A stretch of 64,000 nucleotides of DNA from Acidimicrobiia bacterium (GTDB taxonomy: Bacteria > Actinomycetota > Acidimicrobiia > IMCC26256 > JANYLB01): positions 33,827 to 97,826 of the forward strand of contig DASRPD010000098.1 of NCBI GenBank assembly GCA_035646535.1. The letters are read 5' to 3'. The translations under genes were made by a program, and so were the position numbers. Below, in pieces: positions 1 through 8,262 of this stretch. The notes beneath the pieces were generated by a model that saw only the letters and a list, made by a program, of their open reading frames with translations, was not told the DNA's origin and did no database searches. Numbering within the stretch: position 1 is the stretch's first letter; every line of letters begins with the position of its first letter.

Positions 1-261
1 GCACAAGATGTGGCAGGCCCCGAAGGTCGCGTAGGTCCGCTCCGCCAGCTCCTCCACCGACGTCGGGTCGGTCACGTCGGTGGGGACACCGATGACCGCG
101 CCGCGGGGAGCGAGCTCGGACACCGTCTCGTCCAGGAGGTCCGGCTGCACGTCGGCGATGACGACCTTGGCTCCTTCTGCGAGGAGCTCCTCCGCGAGCG
201 CGCGACCGATGCCCCCCGCGCCGCCGGTGACGACTGCGACCTTGTCGTTGAGATCCCTCAT
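1..261 (-). CDS. short-chain dehydrogenase/reductase (SDR), N-terminal 87 codons; the 3' part lies outside the window
   Basis: Reverse translation from ATG (261-259) gives MRDLNDKVAVVTGGAGGIGRALAEELLAEGAKVVIADV..., the TGxxxGxG dinucleotide-binding motif of classical SDRs. A GGAGGGG Shine-Dalgarno sits at 270-264. It is absent from the ORF track because it runs off the edge. Confidence 0.8.
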   Translation of the reverse strand, partial: MRDLNDKVAVVTGGAGGIGRALAEELLAEGAKVVIADVQPDLLDETVSELAPRGAVIGVPTDVTDPTSVEELAERTYATFGACHILC

Positions 262-307
262 CGCCCCTCCGCGACCCTCTCGTTCCCGCTTTCCGAATCT
301 GTTTCAA

Positions 308-404
308 GAATTTCATGACGGCGGCGCGCCCGTCAACTGCCCCGAGGGCGGTCCGCGCGAGCCGGAACCTGGCCCCGAGGGATTTCGAAGGTATTCTGAA
401 ATTC
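308..404. promoter_or_regulatory. candidate operator/promoter region of the divergent SDR and TetR genes
   Basis: This is an AT-richer patch in the 144-bp divergent gap. GAATTTCA (308-315) recurs as its reverse complement TGAAATTC (397-404). There is a TTCGAA palindrome at 384-389. TATTCT (392-397, TANNNT type) ends 8 nt before the TetR ATG. Confidence 0.3.
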
Positions 405-405
405 C

Positions 406-1137
406 ATGGCCCCGCCTCCCGCCAAGACGCGCGATCGTTCCGCGGCCGGCGACCCGGCTCCCTCCGAGCGGCGGCGGGTGGGTCGGCCCCCCAAGCTGGA
501 CCGGCAGATGATCGCCGAGGCCGCGCACGAGCTCGGCCTGAGCGGACTCACGATGAAGGCGGTGGCCGACCGGCTCGGGGTCAGCGTGCCCGGTCTGTAT
601 CACCACATCGAAGGCAAGGGCGATCTCATGCGGCTCGCGGCCGAGTACTCCGCGGGCCGGATCGAGCTCCCCGAGGATCGCGGACAGCACTGGGCGGTCT
701 GGCTCTGCGAGTGGGCCCGCTACAACCGCGCGGCCTTCATGGCCCAACCGGAGCTGCTCAAGCAGTTCATCGAGGGTGCCGTGAGCACCGACCGCACCGC
801 GGCCACGATCGAGATCGTGCTCGCGAAGCTGGGCCGGGACGGGTTCTCGGTCGCGGAGGCCTGGCGCGCGTACGGCACGATCAGCGACTTCGCCGTGGGC
901 GCAGCCGTGATCGGGCTGCGCGAGCGGCGGGCCTCCGAGCAGGGGAGGCCCGCGATCGCGGAGTTCCACCGGGTGCTGGCCCAGAGCGGTCCGGAGGACT
1001 TCCCGCAGCTACGCAGGATGCTCCCCGAGCTCTCGGTCGACGTCGGCGACGCGTTCGGTGAGCGGTTGCTGCTCGTCATCCGCGGCCTGTGCGAGGATCG
1101 GGGCGAGCGCTGGTCGACGGTTCGGGCCAAGCTCTGA
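406..1137 (+). CDS. TetR/AcrR-family transcriptional regulator
   Basis: 243-aa ORF. The N-terminal HTH GRPPKLDRQMIAEAAHELGLSGLTMKAVADRLGVSVPGLYHHI is typical of TetR_N. The gene is divergent to the SDR gene. Confidence 0.85.
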   Translation: MAPPPAKTRDRSAAGDPAPSERRRVGRPPKLDRQMIAEAAHELGLSGLTMKAVADRLGVSVPGLYHHIEGKGDLMRLAAEYSAGRIELPEDRGQHWAVWLCEWARYNRAAFMAQPELLKQFIEGAVSTDRTAATIEIVLAKLGRDGFSVAEAWRAYGTISDFAVGAAVIGLRERRASEQGRPAIAEFHRVLAQSGPEDFPQLRRMLPELSVDVGDAFGERLLLVIRGLCEDRGERWSTVRAKL

Positions 1138-1167
1138 CGCGCAGCGGACATGGCCTGAGGCGCCCGG

Positions 1168-1911
1168 TCAGGCGAGAGCGTTGAGCACCGATGCCACCTC
1201 GTCGGAATCCGTCACCGAAGGGATATGACCGCCATCGATCTCGACGATCGCCGGCGGTCGAGGCAGTCGGCTGATCATCGTCTCCTGGAGGTCGACGGGG
1301 ATGGGACGGTCGCGCAGGTTCTTGATCCAGGTGATGCCGACCTCAGGCACGCCCTTCCATGTCACCGGCTGGAAGTACAGGTTGAACGAGTCGGGCACGC
1401 GCCGCTGCGGGTCCATCATGAAGGTCACCAGGTCGTCGGGCAGTGGGTCTCCTCCGAACGAGGTACGAATCTGAGCGGGATCTGGCTCGCGCATCCCGTC
1501 GAGGCTCGTGATCGCGGTGTCGGTCTCGCGGGCTTGTGCCATCGCGGCGCGGCATCCGTCGGCATGGCGGGGCTTCATGCAGTCGAGTCCCGTACCGCCA
1601 TCGGGCGGTACCGATGCCGAGGACAAGACGATGTGTCGGCATCGGGACCCGAGGTGGCGAGCGACACCCGGGACGCACAACCCGCCGGACGAGTGGGCCA
1701 TCACGACGGCCGCGTCGTCGAGAGCGCTCCGCTCGATTGCATCGCACACCGCGCCGACGCAGTCGTCGATGGTGAGGCTCATCAGGTCGGAGGGATGTTC
1801 CCGACGACCGGGTAGGTCCGGCGCGAGAACGCTTCGGTGCAGCAGGGGGCGCAGTCGGTCCCAGTAGGCGCCCGTGCTCGAGTTGCCGTGGATCAGGACG
1901 AAGCTCGTCAT
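1168..1911 (-). CDS. alpha/beta-fold hydrolase
   Basis: I moved the start to MTSFVLIHGNSS (ATG 1911) inside the 303-aa ORF. It has an HG oxyanion motif, the nucleophile elbow AHSSGG and a C-terminal His (DGGHIP). An ATGA overlap (1908-1911) links it to the upstream ligase gene. Confidence 0.8.
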   Translation of the reverse strand: MTSFVLIHGNSSTGAYWDRLRPLLHRSVLAPDLPGRREHPSDLMSLTIDDCVGAVCDAIERSALDDAAVVMAHSSGGLCVPGVARHLGSRCRHIVLSSASVPPDGGTGLDCMKPRHADGCRAAMAQARETDTAITSLDGMREPDPAQIRTSFGGDPLPDDLVTFMMDPQRRVPDSFNLYFQPVTWKGVPEVGITWIKNLRDRPIPVDLQETMISRLPRPPAIVEIDGGHIPSVTDSDEVASVLNALA

Positions 1912-3536
1912 CGCTTCTCGTAGGTGATCCCGGAGTCGTCGACGCACCAGGTGCTCGTCGTGACCCCCTCTTCTCGGAGCACCCGCTTCAGCACCCGGCC
2001 GACGGGGCTCCGAGGGAGCTCGTCGCGGTACTCGATGTAGCGCGGGAGCGCGAAGTACGGCAGCTCGTCGATGCACCACCGGAACAGTGCTTCCTCGCTG
2101 AGCGTCGAACCGGCTGCGCGTGTGGCGCTGATCTTCAGATCGTCCTCACCGAACTCGCTCGGCACCGCGTGGACGACCACGTCGGCGAGGCCACCGTGGC
2201 GCATGATGATGCGCTCGACCTCGAAGCTGGCAATGTTCTCCCCCCGACGTCGCAGATAGTCGGCCTTGCGGTCGACGAAGAAGAGATAGCCCTCGTCATC
2301 GATGCGACCGATGTCTCCGGAGTGGAACCACAGGTTGCGGCAGGCCTCGACGGTTGCCTCGGGGCGGCCCCAATAGCCCTCGAACATCGCCTGGGGGCGC
2401 TTGGGCCTGAACACGATCTCGCCCTCGGTGTTCGGAGGCCGCTCGTCGTCGGCATCGTCGAAGATGCGGACGTCGAAGTACTCGGAGTTGACAACGCCGG
2501 CTGCGTTGGGCTTGTTCTTGACCCCGGGTGGTTGCCACGACACGAGGGATGCCTCGGTCAGGCCGTAGGCACCGCTGAAAGTGTCGACGCCGAACCGTGT
2601 CCGCAGGGTCGTCTCGATCTCTTCCGGCAGGGGAGCGGCTCCGATCATCCGCAGGGTCGCGTTGGCTTCGGGCGCGCCGGAGCCGGGCATCTCCGGGCGG
2701 TCCTCGTCGTGGGCGATCAGGTAGGCCATCGTCCCCAGCGTCGAGGTGATCGTCGCTCCCGTGCGGTTGATCTCGGGCCAGAAGCCGGACACCGAGAACT
2801 TCCGGTCGATCGCGCCACGGCCTCCGAAGATCAGCGGCCCGAGCACGGCGGTGACCAGCGCGTTGTAGTGGAAGAGCGGGAGGGGGGTCCACACCACATC
2901 GTCGGGCCGCCGGCCCCAGCAATGCCCGATCTGGCGCGAGAGGATCTCATGATAGTTGTGGCTCAGCATGCAGCCCTTGCTGAGCCCGGTCGTACCACCG
3001 GTGTAGATGAACGTGCCGAGATCCGACGGGTGGACATCGGCCGGGCTCGCCGGGTCGAGCTGGAACAGCGCGTCCCAGCTGTGCGACGAGACCGATGGGG
3101 AGTCGCTCGGGCCCTCGCCGATGATGATCACATGCTCGAGGTTCTCGATCTCCGGAGCGACCCGGAGTGCCCGCTCGGCGAGGTCACCCTGGATGATGAG
3201 GACCCGCGAGCCCGAGTCGGCGAGCTGGTGGCGGAGGTAGTCGCCCTTGTACGCGGTGTTGACCGGGACAGCTACCGCGCCGCACCACACGATGCCCCAC
3301 CACGTCAGGAGTGCTTCCGGGCTGTTCTCGATCAGCGAGGAGACCCGGTCGCCTTTGCGGACGCCGAGATCGGTGAGGGCGGTCGCGATCCGGCCGGCGC
3401 GGTCGGCGACCTCTGCGGCGGAGAGCTGGGTACCGACGATGTCGAGATAGGGGTCGTCGGGCCCGGACCGCAACCTGCGGTCGATGAGCTGGAGAAGCGT
3501 GTGCTGGTCCTCGCGGATCCAGACGCTGTCGTTCAT
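1908..3536 (-). CDS. AMP-dependent acyl-CoA synthetase/ligase
   Basis: 542-aa ORF with adenylate-forming motifs FIYTGGTTGLSKGCMLSH, SGAYGLTEAS, WFHSGDIGRIDDEGYLFFVDRKAD and C-terminal LPRSPVGRVLKR. Confidence 0.9.
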   Translation of the reverse strand: MNDSVWIREDQHTLLQLIDRRLRSGPDDPYLDIVGTQLSAAEVADRAGRIATALTDLGVRKGDRVSSLIENSPEALLTWWGIVWCGAVAVPVNTAYKGDYLRHQLADSGSRVLIIQGDLAERALRVAPEIENLEHVIIIGEGPSDSPSVSSHSWDALFQLDPASPADVHPSDLGTFIYTGGTTGLSKGCMLSHNYHEILSRQIGHCWGRRPDDVVWTPLPLFHYNALVTAVLGPLIFGGRGAIDRKFSVSGFWPEINRTGATITSTLGTMAYLIAHDEDRPEMPGSGAPEANATLRMIGAAPLPEEIETTLRTRFGVDTFSGAYGLTEASLVSWQPPGVKNKPNAAGVVNSEYFDVRIFDDADDERPPNTEGEIVFRPKRPQAMFEGYWGRPEATVEACRNLWFHSGDIGRIDDEGYLFFVDRKADYLRRRGENIASFEVERIIMRHGGLADVVVHAVPSEFGEDDLKISATRAAGSTLSEEALFRWCIDELPYFALPRYIEYRDELPRSPVGRVLKRVLREEGVTTSTWCVDDSGITYEKR

Positions 3537-3820
3537 GGGGCATGCCCTTCGTTCCGTGGCTGCGGCGAGATCACGTGCCGCTCATCCTGCCTCATGGCGC
3601 CGTGTATGGCCCCTGGCACGTGGCGCCTTCTCGAAGTACATTTCGTAATGTTGTCCAGGACGTCCCGATCCGGGGGAACACGCGGTACGGGGATCGCCCA
3701 GCTCCCACCAAGGAGAACAGGGGGATCCGCCTGCACTGCGAGTTGTCGAAGCCGCGCTCTTCGGACCCGGCCACGGCGATCGAGCCGGTCGGGGCGCACG
3801 CCACACGGAGTGGAGGAATC

Positions 3821-4156
3821 ATGCCCAGAGGTGTTCTCGTCGTGTACACGGCGCCGGCCGAGGGCGGTGAGGTCGAGTTCAACCGCTGGTACGACGAGCT
3901 GCACGTGCCGCAGCTGGTCGCCCTGCCGGGGTTCAAGTCCGGGACGCGGTACAAGGTCTCGGAGCAACAGGTCAGGCCAGGCGATCCACCGGGCCCGTAC
4001 CTCGCGCTGTACGAGGTCGAGGGCGACGATCTCCACGATGTGGTGGGCGGCATCGGGCGTGGCTTCGCCGACGGATCCATCACCCGAACGGACTCTTCCT
4101 CGCCCTCCAGCTCACTGACCTTGTTCGAACAGGTCTCCGAACGCCAGGACGCCTGA
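3821..4156 (+). CDS. small conserved hypothetical protein; the dimeric alpha/beta-barrel-like (ABM/DUF4286-like) family is a guess
   Basis: ATG 3821 is preceded by GGAGGAA (3812-3818). The protein begins MPRGVLVVYTAPAEGGEVEFNRWYDELHVPQLVALPGF... The upstream part of the 204-aa track ORF is Arg/Pro noise. Confidence 0.6.
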   Translation: MPRGVLVVYTAPAEGGEVEFNRWYDELHVPQLVALPGFKSGTRYKVSEQQVRPGDPPGPYLALYEVEGDDLHDVVGGIGRGFADGSITRTDSSSPSSSLTLFEQVSERQDA

Positions 4157-4182
4157 CGCTGCAATTCACCGAAAGGGGCCCC

Positions 4183-4971
4183 ATGGAATCGTGGATAGGC
4201 CAATACTGCATCTACGTCACCGACCTGGAGAGGGCCGTTGCGTTCTACGAGCTCCTCGGGTTGGAGTGCACGAGCCGGACCGAGATCCCCAACGTGGCCG
4301 AGGCGATCGTCGAGAATTCGAACAAGGGCGCCAAGCTCCAGCTGGCGCAGAAGCTCGACAGCGATGAACCCATCCGAATGGGCAACGCCTTCTGGAAGCT
4401 CTACGTGGCGACCAACGACATCGAGAAGATGTACAGCGATGCGATCGGCTCCGGGTCCAAGTCGGTCACGGCGCCGGCGCGAGGCGACCGGTGGCCCATG
4501 ACGATCGGCTTCATCGAGGACCCCGACGGCTACATGGTCGAGCTCACGCAGCGTCATCCGTGGAAGGACGGCGACGACACGACGTATTCGTGGCTCAACC
4601 AGTACTGCGTCTACGTCAGCGATCTGGAGAGGACGATCGCGTTCTACGAGACGCTGGGGTTGAGCTGTACGAGTCGGACCGAGATCCCAAACGTGGCCGA
4701 GGCGATCCTCGAGAACCCCGCCCAGGGCGGCAAGATCCAGCTCGCGCAGAAGCTCGACAGCAGCGAACCCATCGACATGGGTACCGCGATGTGGAAGCTC
4801 TACGTCAACACCGACGACTGTACGGCCCTGCACGACAAGGCCGTCGCGGCCGGTTACACGTCGGTCGTGGCCCCGATGAGCCCCGAACGCTGGCCGGTGA
4901 CGATCTCGTTCGTGGCTGATCCCGACGGCTACCAAGTGGAGCTGGTGGAGCGCCACGGCCAACCGGCTTGA
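4183..4971 (+). CDS. two-domain VOC (glyoxalase/bleomycin-resistance/dioxygenase) family protein
   Basis: 262-aa ORF made of two homologous halves (QYCIYVTDLERAVAFYELLGL... / QYCVYVSDLERTIAFYETLGL...). Each half ends in DPDGY.VEL, the typical VOC beta-alpha-beta-beta-beta module. Confidence 0.85.
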   Translation: MESWIGQYCIYVTDLERAVAFYELLGLECTSRTEIPNVAEAIVENSNKGAKLQLAQKLDSDEPIRMGNAFWKLYVATNDIEKMYSDAIGSGSKSVTAPARGDRWPMTIGFIEDPDGYMVELTQRHPWKDGDDTTYSWLNQYCVYVSDLERTIAFYETLGLSCTSRTEIPNVAEAILENPAQGGKIQLAQKLDSSEPIDMGTAMWKLYVNTDDCTALHDKAVAAGYTSVVAPMSPERWPVTISFVADPDGYQVELVERHGQPA

Positions 4972-5040
4972 CGGTCATCACTCCGACCTGGCTGGTCGGC
5001 GACTCCGCGGGCGTGCTCGAGGGTTCGTGTCCTCAGGCGG

Positions 5041-5400
5041 TCACGCCGGCGCGGGAACAACGGTCTGGTCGCCGTAGACCTCATCGTGGGATGGACCGAT
5101 CCGCTGGACGAGTGGGGCGAGCGCGGCGCGGTCGACGCCGTACACCTCGGCCGCGGTCTCGCCGAGGATCCGGCGCGTCTCGTCCTCGGGTGCGTCGTGG
5201 AAGCGCTCCCGTATCCAATGGCGCGTGTAGGGAAACGTTCCCTCCGGGTGCGGAAGGTCGTTGCCCCACAGGAGATTGCCGACTCCGATGAGGTGGCGGC
5301 GCTCGATGTCCTCGACGCCCGGCGTCGACGCCGCAAGGAAGCACTGACGGTTGAAGTACTGGCGGGCCCCTCGAGGCCACGATCGCGTTTTCCTCGCTCG
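5041..5400 (-). pseudogene. 3' remnant of an amidohydrolase-2 (ACMSD-like) gene; the 5' two-thirds are missing
   Basis: The reverse frame is bounded by TGA at 5403-5401 and stop at 5043-5041. It reads ...ARQYFNRQCFLAASTPGVEDIERRHLIGVGNLLWGNDLPHPEGTFPYTRHWIRERF...RRILGETAAEVYGVD... This aligns with the C-termini of the intact paralogs at 29773-30996 and 46539-47774 (..ICFETDYPHTDTTWPNS..LRGNAIKML). There is no start codon and no N-terminal HxH region. Confidence 0.7.
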
Positions 5401-5417
5401 TCATCACCCAGATCGAC

Positions 5418-5633
5418 GTGACACCGCGTGTGCTGCCCTACGTCGAGTGCCCGAGCGCGGCGGCGAGCGCGGCGCGCCTCGCCGGTCAGGACCTCGACGC
5501 CCTGCGCGAACGGGTCCGCGCCGACTTCGTCGGTACGACGACGTGCACCCACCTCAACGATCTCCTGCGTAGTCTCGAAGACGTGCGCGCCTTGTGGGCT
5601 GTTTACCGAGATGGCGGAGACGGAGTCGGCTGA
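5418..5633 (+). pseudogene. C-terminal fragment of a DUF2889-like protein (71 codons); possibly still translated
   Basis: The GTG-started ORF reads PYVECPSAAASAARLAGQDLDALRERVRADFVGTTTCTHLNDLLRSLEDV. I recall the CP...G..CTHL..LL pattern from the C-terminal third of DUF2889 proteins. Its stop overlaps the next ATG (TGATG at 5631-5635). Confidence 0.4.
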
Positions 5634-6574
5634 TGAGCGCCCATCCGATCGAGTTCGGTATCTACGTCCCGCAGGTCGCATTCGACTACCCGGACATGGT
5701 TCATCGCGCCCGCCGGTGCGAGTCACTCGGATTCGCGTCGCTGTGGTTGTACGACCATCTGTGGGCGCCGGGACTGCCCGCCGCACCGTCGCTCGAGGGC
5801 TGGACCTTGGCGACCGCGCTCCTGACCGAGACGACCAGCCTGCGGGTCGGTCACATGGTGTTGTGCAACAACTTCCGCCATCCGGCGTTGCTGGCCCGCA
5901 TGGCGACCACGCTCGATGTGATCTCCAACGGCCGGTTGGACATCGGCATCGGCAGCGGCTCGGTCGCCGACGAGCACGACCAGACCGGGCTCGCCTGGGG
6001 AAGCATCGCCGAGCGCTCCGAGCGGCTCGGTGAGGCGCTCGAGATCCTGACCCGCATGTTCGACGGCGGTCCGACCACGTTCGAGGGGGAGCACTACCAG
6101 CTGCGTGACGTCCCGAACCTGCCGCGGCCGGTCCAGCAGCCTCGCCCACCGATCGTGGTCGGTGGGGCGGGGGAGCGGTACACGTTGCCGTTGGTGGCGC
6201 GCTACGCGGACGTGTGGAACGTTCCGACCTACGCGCTGGGTGAGCTCCCGGAGAAGATCGCGGCACTGCGTCGAGCGTGTGAGCGCATCGGTCGCGATCC
6301 CGACGAGATTCGGTACTCGATCGAGGCTGTGCTGGCCCTCGCTCCCGACGAGCCATCACTCGCCGATGTCCGTCGCCTGGCGGAACGTCGGTTCGGTGGG
6401 CCTGGCTTCGGACTCGACGAAGGCGGCCTGGTCGGCACGCCGGCGACGGTGATCGACCGGGTGGGCGAGCTCTCCGGCCTCGGTTTCAGCCACTTCGTGT
6501 TCTTCACTCACGACCGCGCCGCGGACGCCACGCTCGAGCTCCTCGCGACCGACGTCCTCCCTGCCTTTCGCTGA
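5633..6574 (+). CDS. luciferase-like monooxygenase (LLM) class flavin/F420-type oxidoreductase
   Basis: Start at MSAHPIEFGIYVPQ (ATG 5633). It has the SLWLYDHL, LCNNFRHPALLARMATTLDVISNGRLDIGIGSG and PPIVVGGAGE blocks typical of LLM-class enzymes usually annotated F420-dependent in Actinobacteria. Confidence 0.85.
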   Translation: MSAHPIEFGIYVPQVAFDYPDMVHRARRCESLGFASLWLYDHLWAPGLPAAPSLEGWTLATALLTETTSLRVGHMVLCNNFRHPALLARMATTLDVISNGRLDIGIGSGSVADEHDQTGLAWGSIAERSERLGEALEILTRMFDGGPTTFEGEHYQLRDVPNLPRPVQQPRPPIVVGGAGERYTLPLVARYADVWNVPTYALGELPEKIAALRRACERIGRDPDEIRYSIEAVLALAPDEPSLADVRRLAERRFGGPGFGLDEGGLVGTPATVIDRVGELSGLGFSHFVFFTHDRAADATLELLATDVLPAFR

Positions 6575-6647
6575 CCGATGCGCCCGTGCGGTTCCCTCGG
6601 GGTGGTGGCACGAGAAGGCTCACCCGGACCGGCTGTAGCGAGCCCGC

Positions 6648-6669
6648 AGAGATCTCTAGTATCGAGATC
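6648..6669 (+). promoter_or_regulatory. palindrome/hairpin plus TANNNT box abutting the first start codon of the CGSC cassette (possible leaderless promoter/operator)
   Basis: AGAGATCTCT is a perfect 10-bp palindrome (6648-6657). GATCTC (6651-6656) can pair with GAGATC (6664-6669). TAGTAT (6657-6662) ends 7 nt before ATG 6670. There is no Shine-Dalgarno. Confidence 0.35.
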
Positions 6670-7221
6670 ATGACTGCATGGCCGACCATCACCGTGGTGT
6701 CACCCACTGCGCCGCCGATCCCCATCGAGCAGGCACCGACCTTCACCGTCGACCGGCCGCTGGCGGGCCTGCGAGCTGGGATCCGAACCGACTCGGCGTG
6801 GCGATCGTGGCAGCTGATCGCCGGGCTCTGGGCCGACTGGCTCGAGCGCGATGGCGCGACCGTGGAGACCGTCGAGACCAAGGGAATGGTGGGTGACCTC
6901 GGAGCGACGGACCGCAAGCACATCGACGACCTCGCCGCGGTCACCGACTTCGGCATCGTCGGCCTGGGCACCTGCGGGTCGTGTACGTCGTTCACGATCG
7001 CCGACGCCGTCGCGATCGAAGACCACGACAAGCCGGTGATCGCGCTCGTGACCGAAGAGTTCGCAACCCACGGTCGGAACATGGCCAACCATCTCGGTCA
7101 CGGCGGGCTCAAGACCCTCGTGCTGCCGTATCCACTCGAAGCCCGACCCGACGACGAGCTGGCCGCGATCGCCCTGGAGTACTACCCGCAGGCGCTCGAG
7201 CTGTTGGGGGTGACTGCATGA
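6670..7221 (+). CDS. CGSC-motif protein; resembles what I recall as the 'UGSC family (seleno)protein', here in the Cys version
   Basis: Start at MTAWPTITVV (ATG 6670). The motif GIVGLGTCGSCTSF has its CGSC codons at 6973-6984, followed by KPVIALVTEEFATHGRNMANHLGHGGLKTLVLPYPLE. There is no in-frame TGA. An ATGA overlap links it to the next gene. Confidence 0.55.
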   Translation: MTAWPTITVVSPTAPPIPIEQAPTFTVDRPLAGLRAGIRTDSAWRSWQLIAGLWADWLERDGATVETVETKGMVGDLGATDRKHIDDLAAVTDFGIVGLGTCGSCTSFTIADAVAIEDHDKPVIALVTEEFATHGRNMANHLGHGGLKTLVLPYPLEARPDDELAAIALEYYPQALELLGVTA

Positions 7222-8261
7222 CCGCGCTGCTCGCGGTCAGCGCCGATCCGCGCGCCTGGTACGAGCGGTCGCTCGAAGAGCACTTCGGCGATGGTGCGCC
7301 GCTGCTGGCGCCGACGCCCGAGGCCGTCGACGCGCTCGTCGATGCCGCGCCGTACCCGGCCGACCACGTGGTCGCGGTCCTGCCTCCGCGCAACGGAGTC
7401 GCGACCGTCGAGCTGCTCGCGGCCAATGCCGCGATGGCCGGCGCCGAGCCCGCCGCGTTCGGCGTGGTGGTCGCGGCGATCGAAGCCATGAGTGCCCCCG
7501 AATGGAATGCGTTCGGCCTCACCACGACGACGTCCAGCGTCGCGCCGATGCTGATCGTGAACGGGCCGCGCCGTGCCGAGCTCGGCATCGACTACCGCGC
7601 CGGGTGCATGGGTGGCGCCGCGGGCCGAGGCTCGATGACGATCGGCCGGGCGGTGTCGCTCGCGCTGCGCAACATCGGTGGCCAGCGCGCGGGCGAGACG
7701 TCTCGCACCGTGTTCGGCCAGCCCGCCCGTCTCGGGTTCTGCATCGCTGAGTGGGAGGAGCGCTCGCCCTGGCCGTCACTCGCCGAGCGGCGCGGCTACT
7801 CGGCGAGCCAGGACGTCGTCACCGTGCACGGGGGCAAGGGCACGTTCCCGATGGCTGACATCAACAACGACGCGGCGCGGGACCTGCTGTATCTCATCGC
7901 CAAGACGATCGCGTTCCCGCTCAACAACCAGTACCTCGGTGGCGGCGCGAACGGCGAGATCGTCGTGGCGATCAACCCGATGTGGGCCGAGCGCTTCGGC
8001 GCCGAGTTCGGCGATGTTGCCGATCTCCAGGCGTTCCTGCGCGAGCACGCTTCGCATCCCCTCGACCTCTGGCCCGAGGCGAATCAGGAGATCTTCCGTG
8101 ACAAGGGCCGTGTCGCCGACGACGGCCGGATGTACCTCGTGGAGCGACCGGACCAGATCGTGCCGATCGTCTGCGGCGGCCTCGGCAACCTCCACGCGGT
8201 CGCGCTGCCGAGCTTCTCCGAGAGTCAGATGCAGAGCGCGGTGGCGCTCGGAGCCGGTTGA
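7218..8261 (+). CDS. conserved hypothetical protein (347 aa), no family recognised
   Basis: Start at MTALLAVSADPRAW (ATG 7218, ATGA overlap at 7218-7221). Composition is coding-like and non-repetitive (…GCMGGAAGRGSMTIGRAVSLALRNIGG…GKGTFPMADINNDAARDLLYLIAKTIAFPLNNQYLGGG…). The upstream 79 codons of the track ORF are Arg-rich noise. Confidence 0.7.
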   Translation: MTALLAVSADPRAWYERSLEEHFGDGAPLLAPTPEAVDALVDAAPYPADHVVAVLPPRNGVATVELLAANAAMAGAEPAAFGVVVAAIEAMSAPEWNAFGLTTTTSSVAPMLIVNGPRRAELGIDYRAGCMGGAAGRGSMTIGRAVSLALRNIGGQRAGETSRTVFGQPARLGFCIAEWEERSPWPSLAERRGYSASQDVVTVHGGKGTFPMADINNDAARDLLYLIAKTIAFPLNNQYLGGGANGEIVVAINPMWAERFGAEFGDVADLQAFLREHASHPLDLWPEANQEIFRDKGRVADDGRMYLVERPDQIVPIVCGGLGNLHAVALPSFSESQMQSAVALGAG

Positions 8262-8262
8262 C

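Noticed and set aside
2169-4118. 649-aa plus-strand ORF
   Set aside because: It is antisense to the well-supported acyl-CoA synthetase gene (1908-3536). The translation is Arg/Gly/Asp/Pro-rich low-complexity with no motifs, a typical GC-rich shadow ORF.
3592-4962. 456-aa minus-strand ORF
   Set aside because: It is antisense to the two-domain VOC gene and the 3821 gene. It has no recognisable domain, and its internal repetition merely mirrors the VOC duplication.
4929-6359. 476-aa minus-strand ORF
   Set aside because: The product is extremely Arg/Pro/Ser-rich. It lies antisense to the LLM oxidoreductase gene, and the real minus-strand signal here is only the amidohydrolase remnant in a different frame.
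6973-6984. Possible selenocysteine recoding in the CGSC/UGSC-type motif
   Set aside because: The codon at the first position is TGC (Cys), not TGA. The gene has no in-frame TGA, so this copy is the Cys form.
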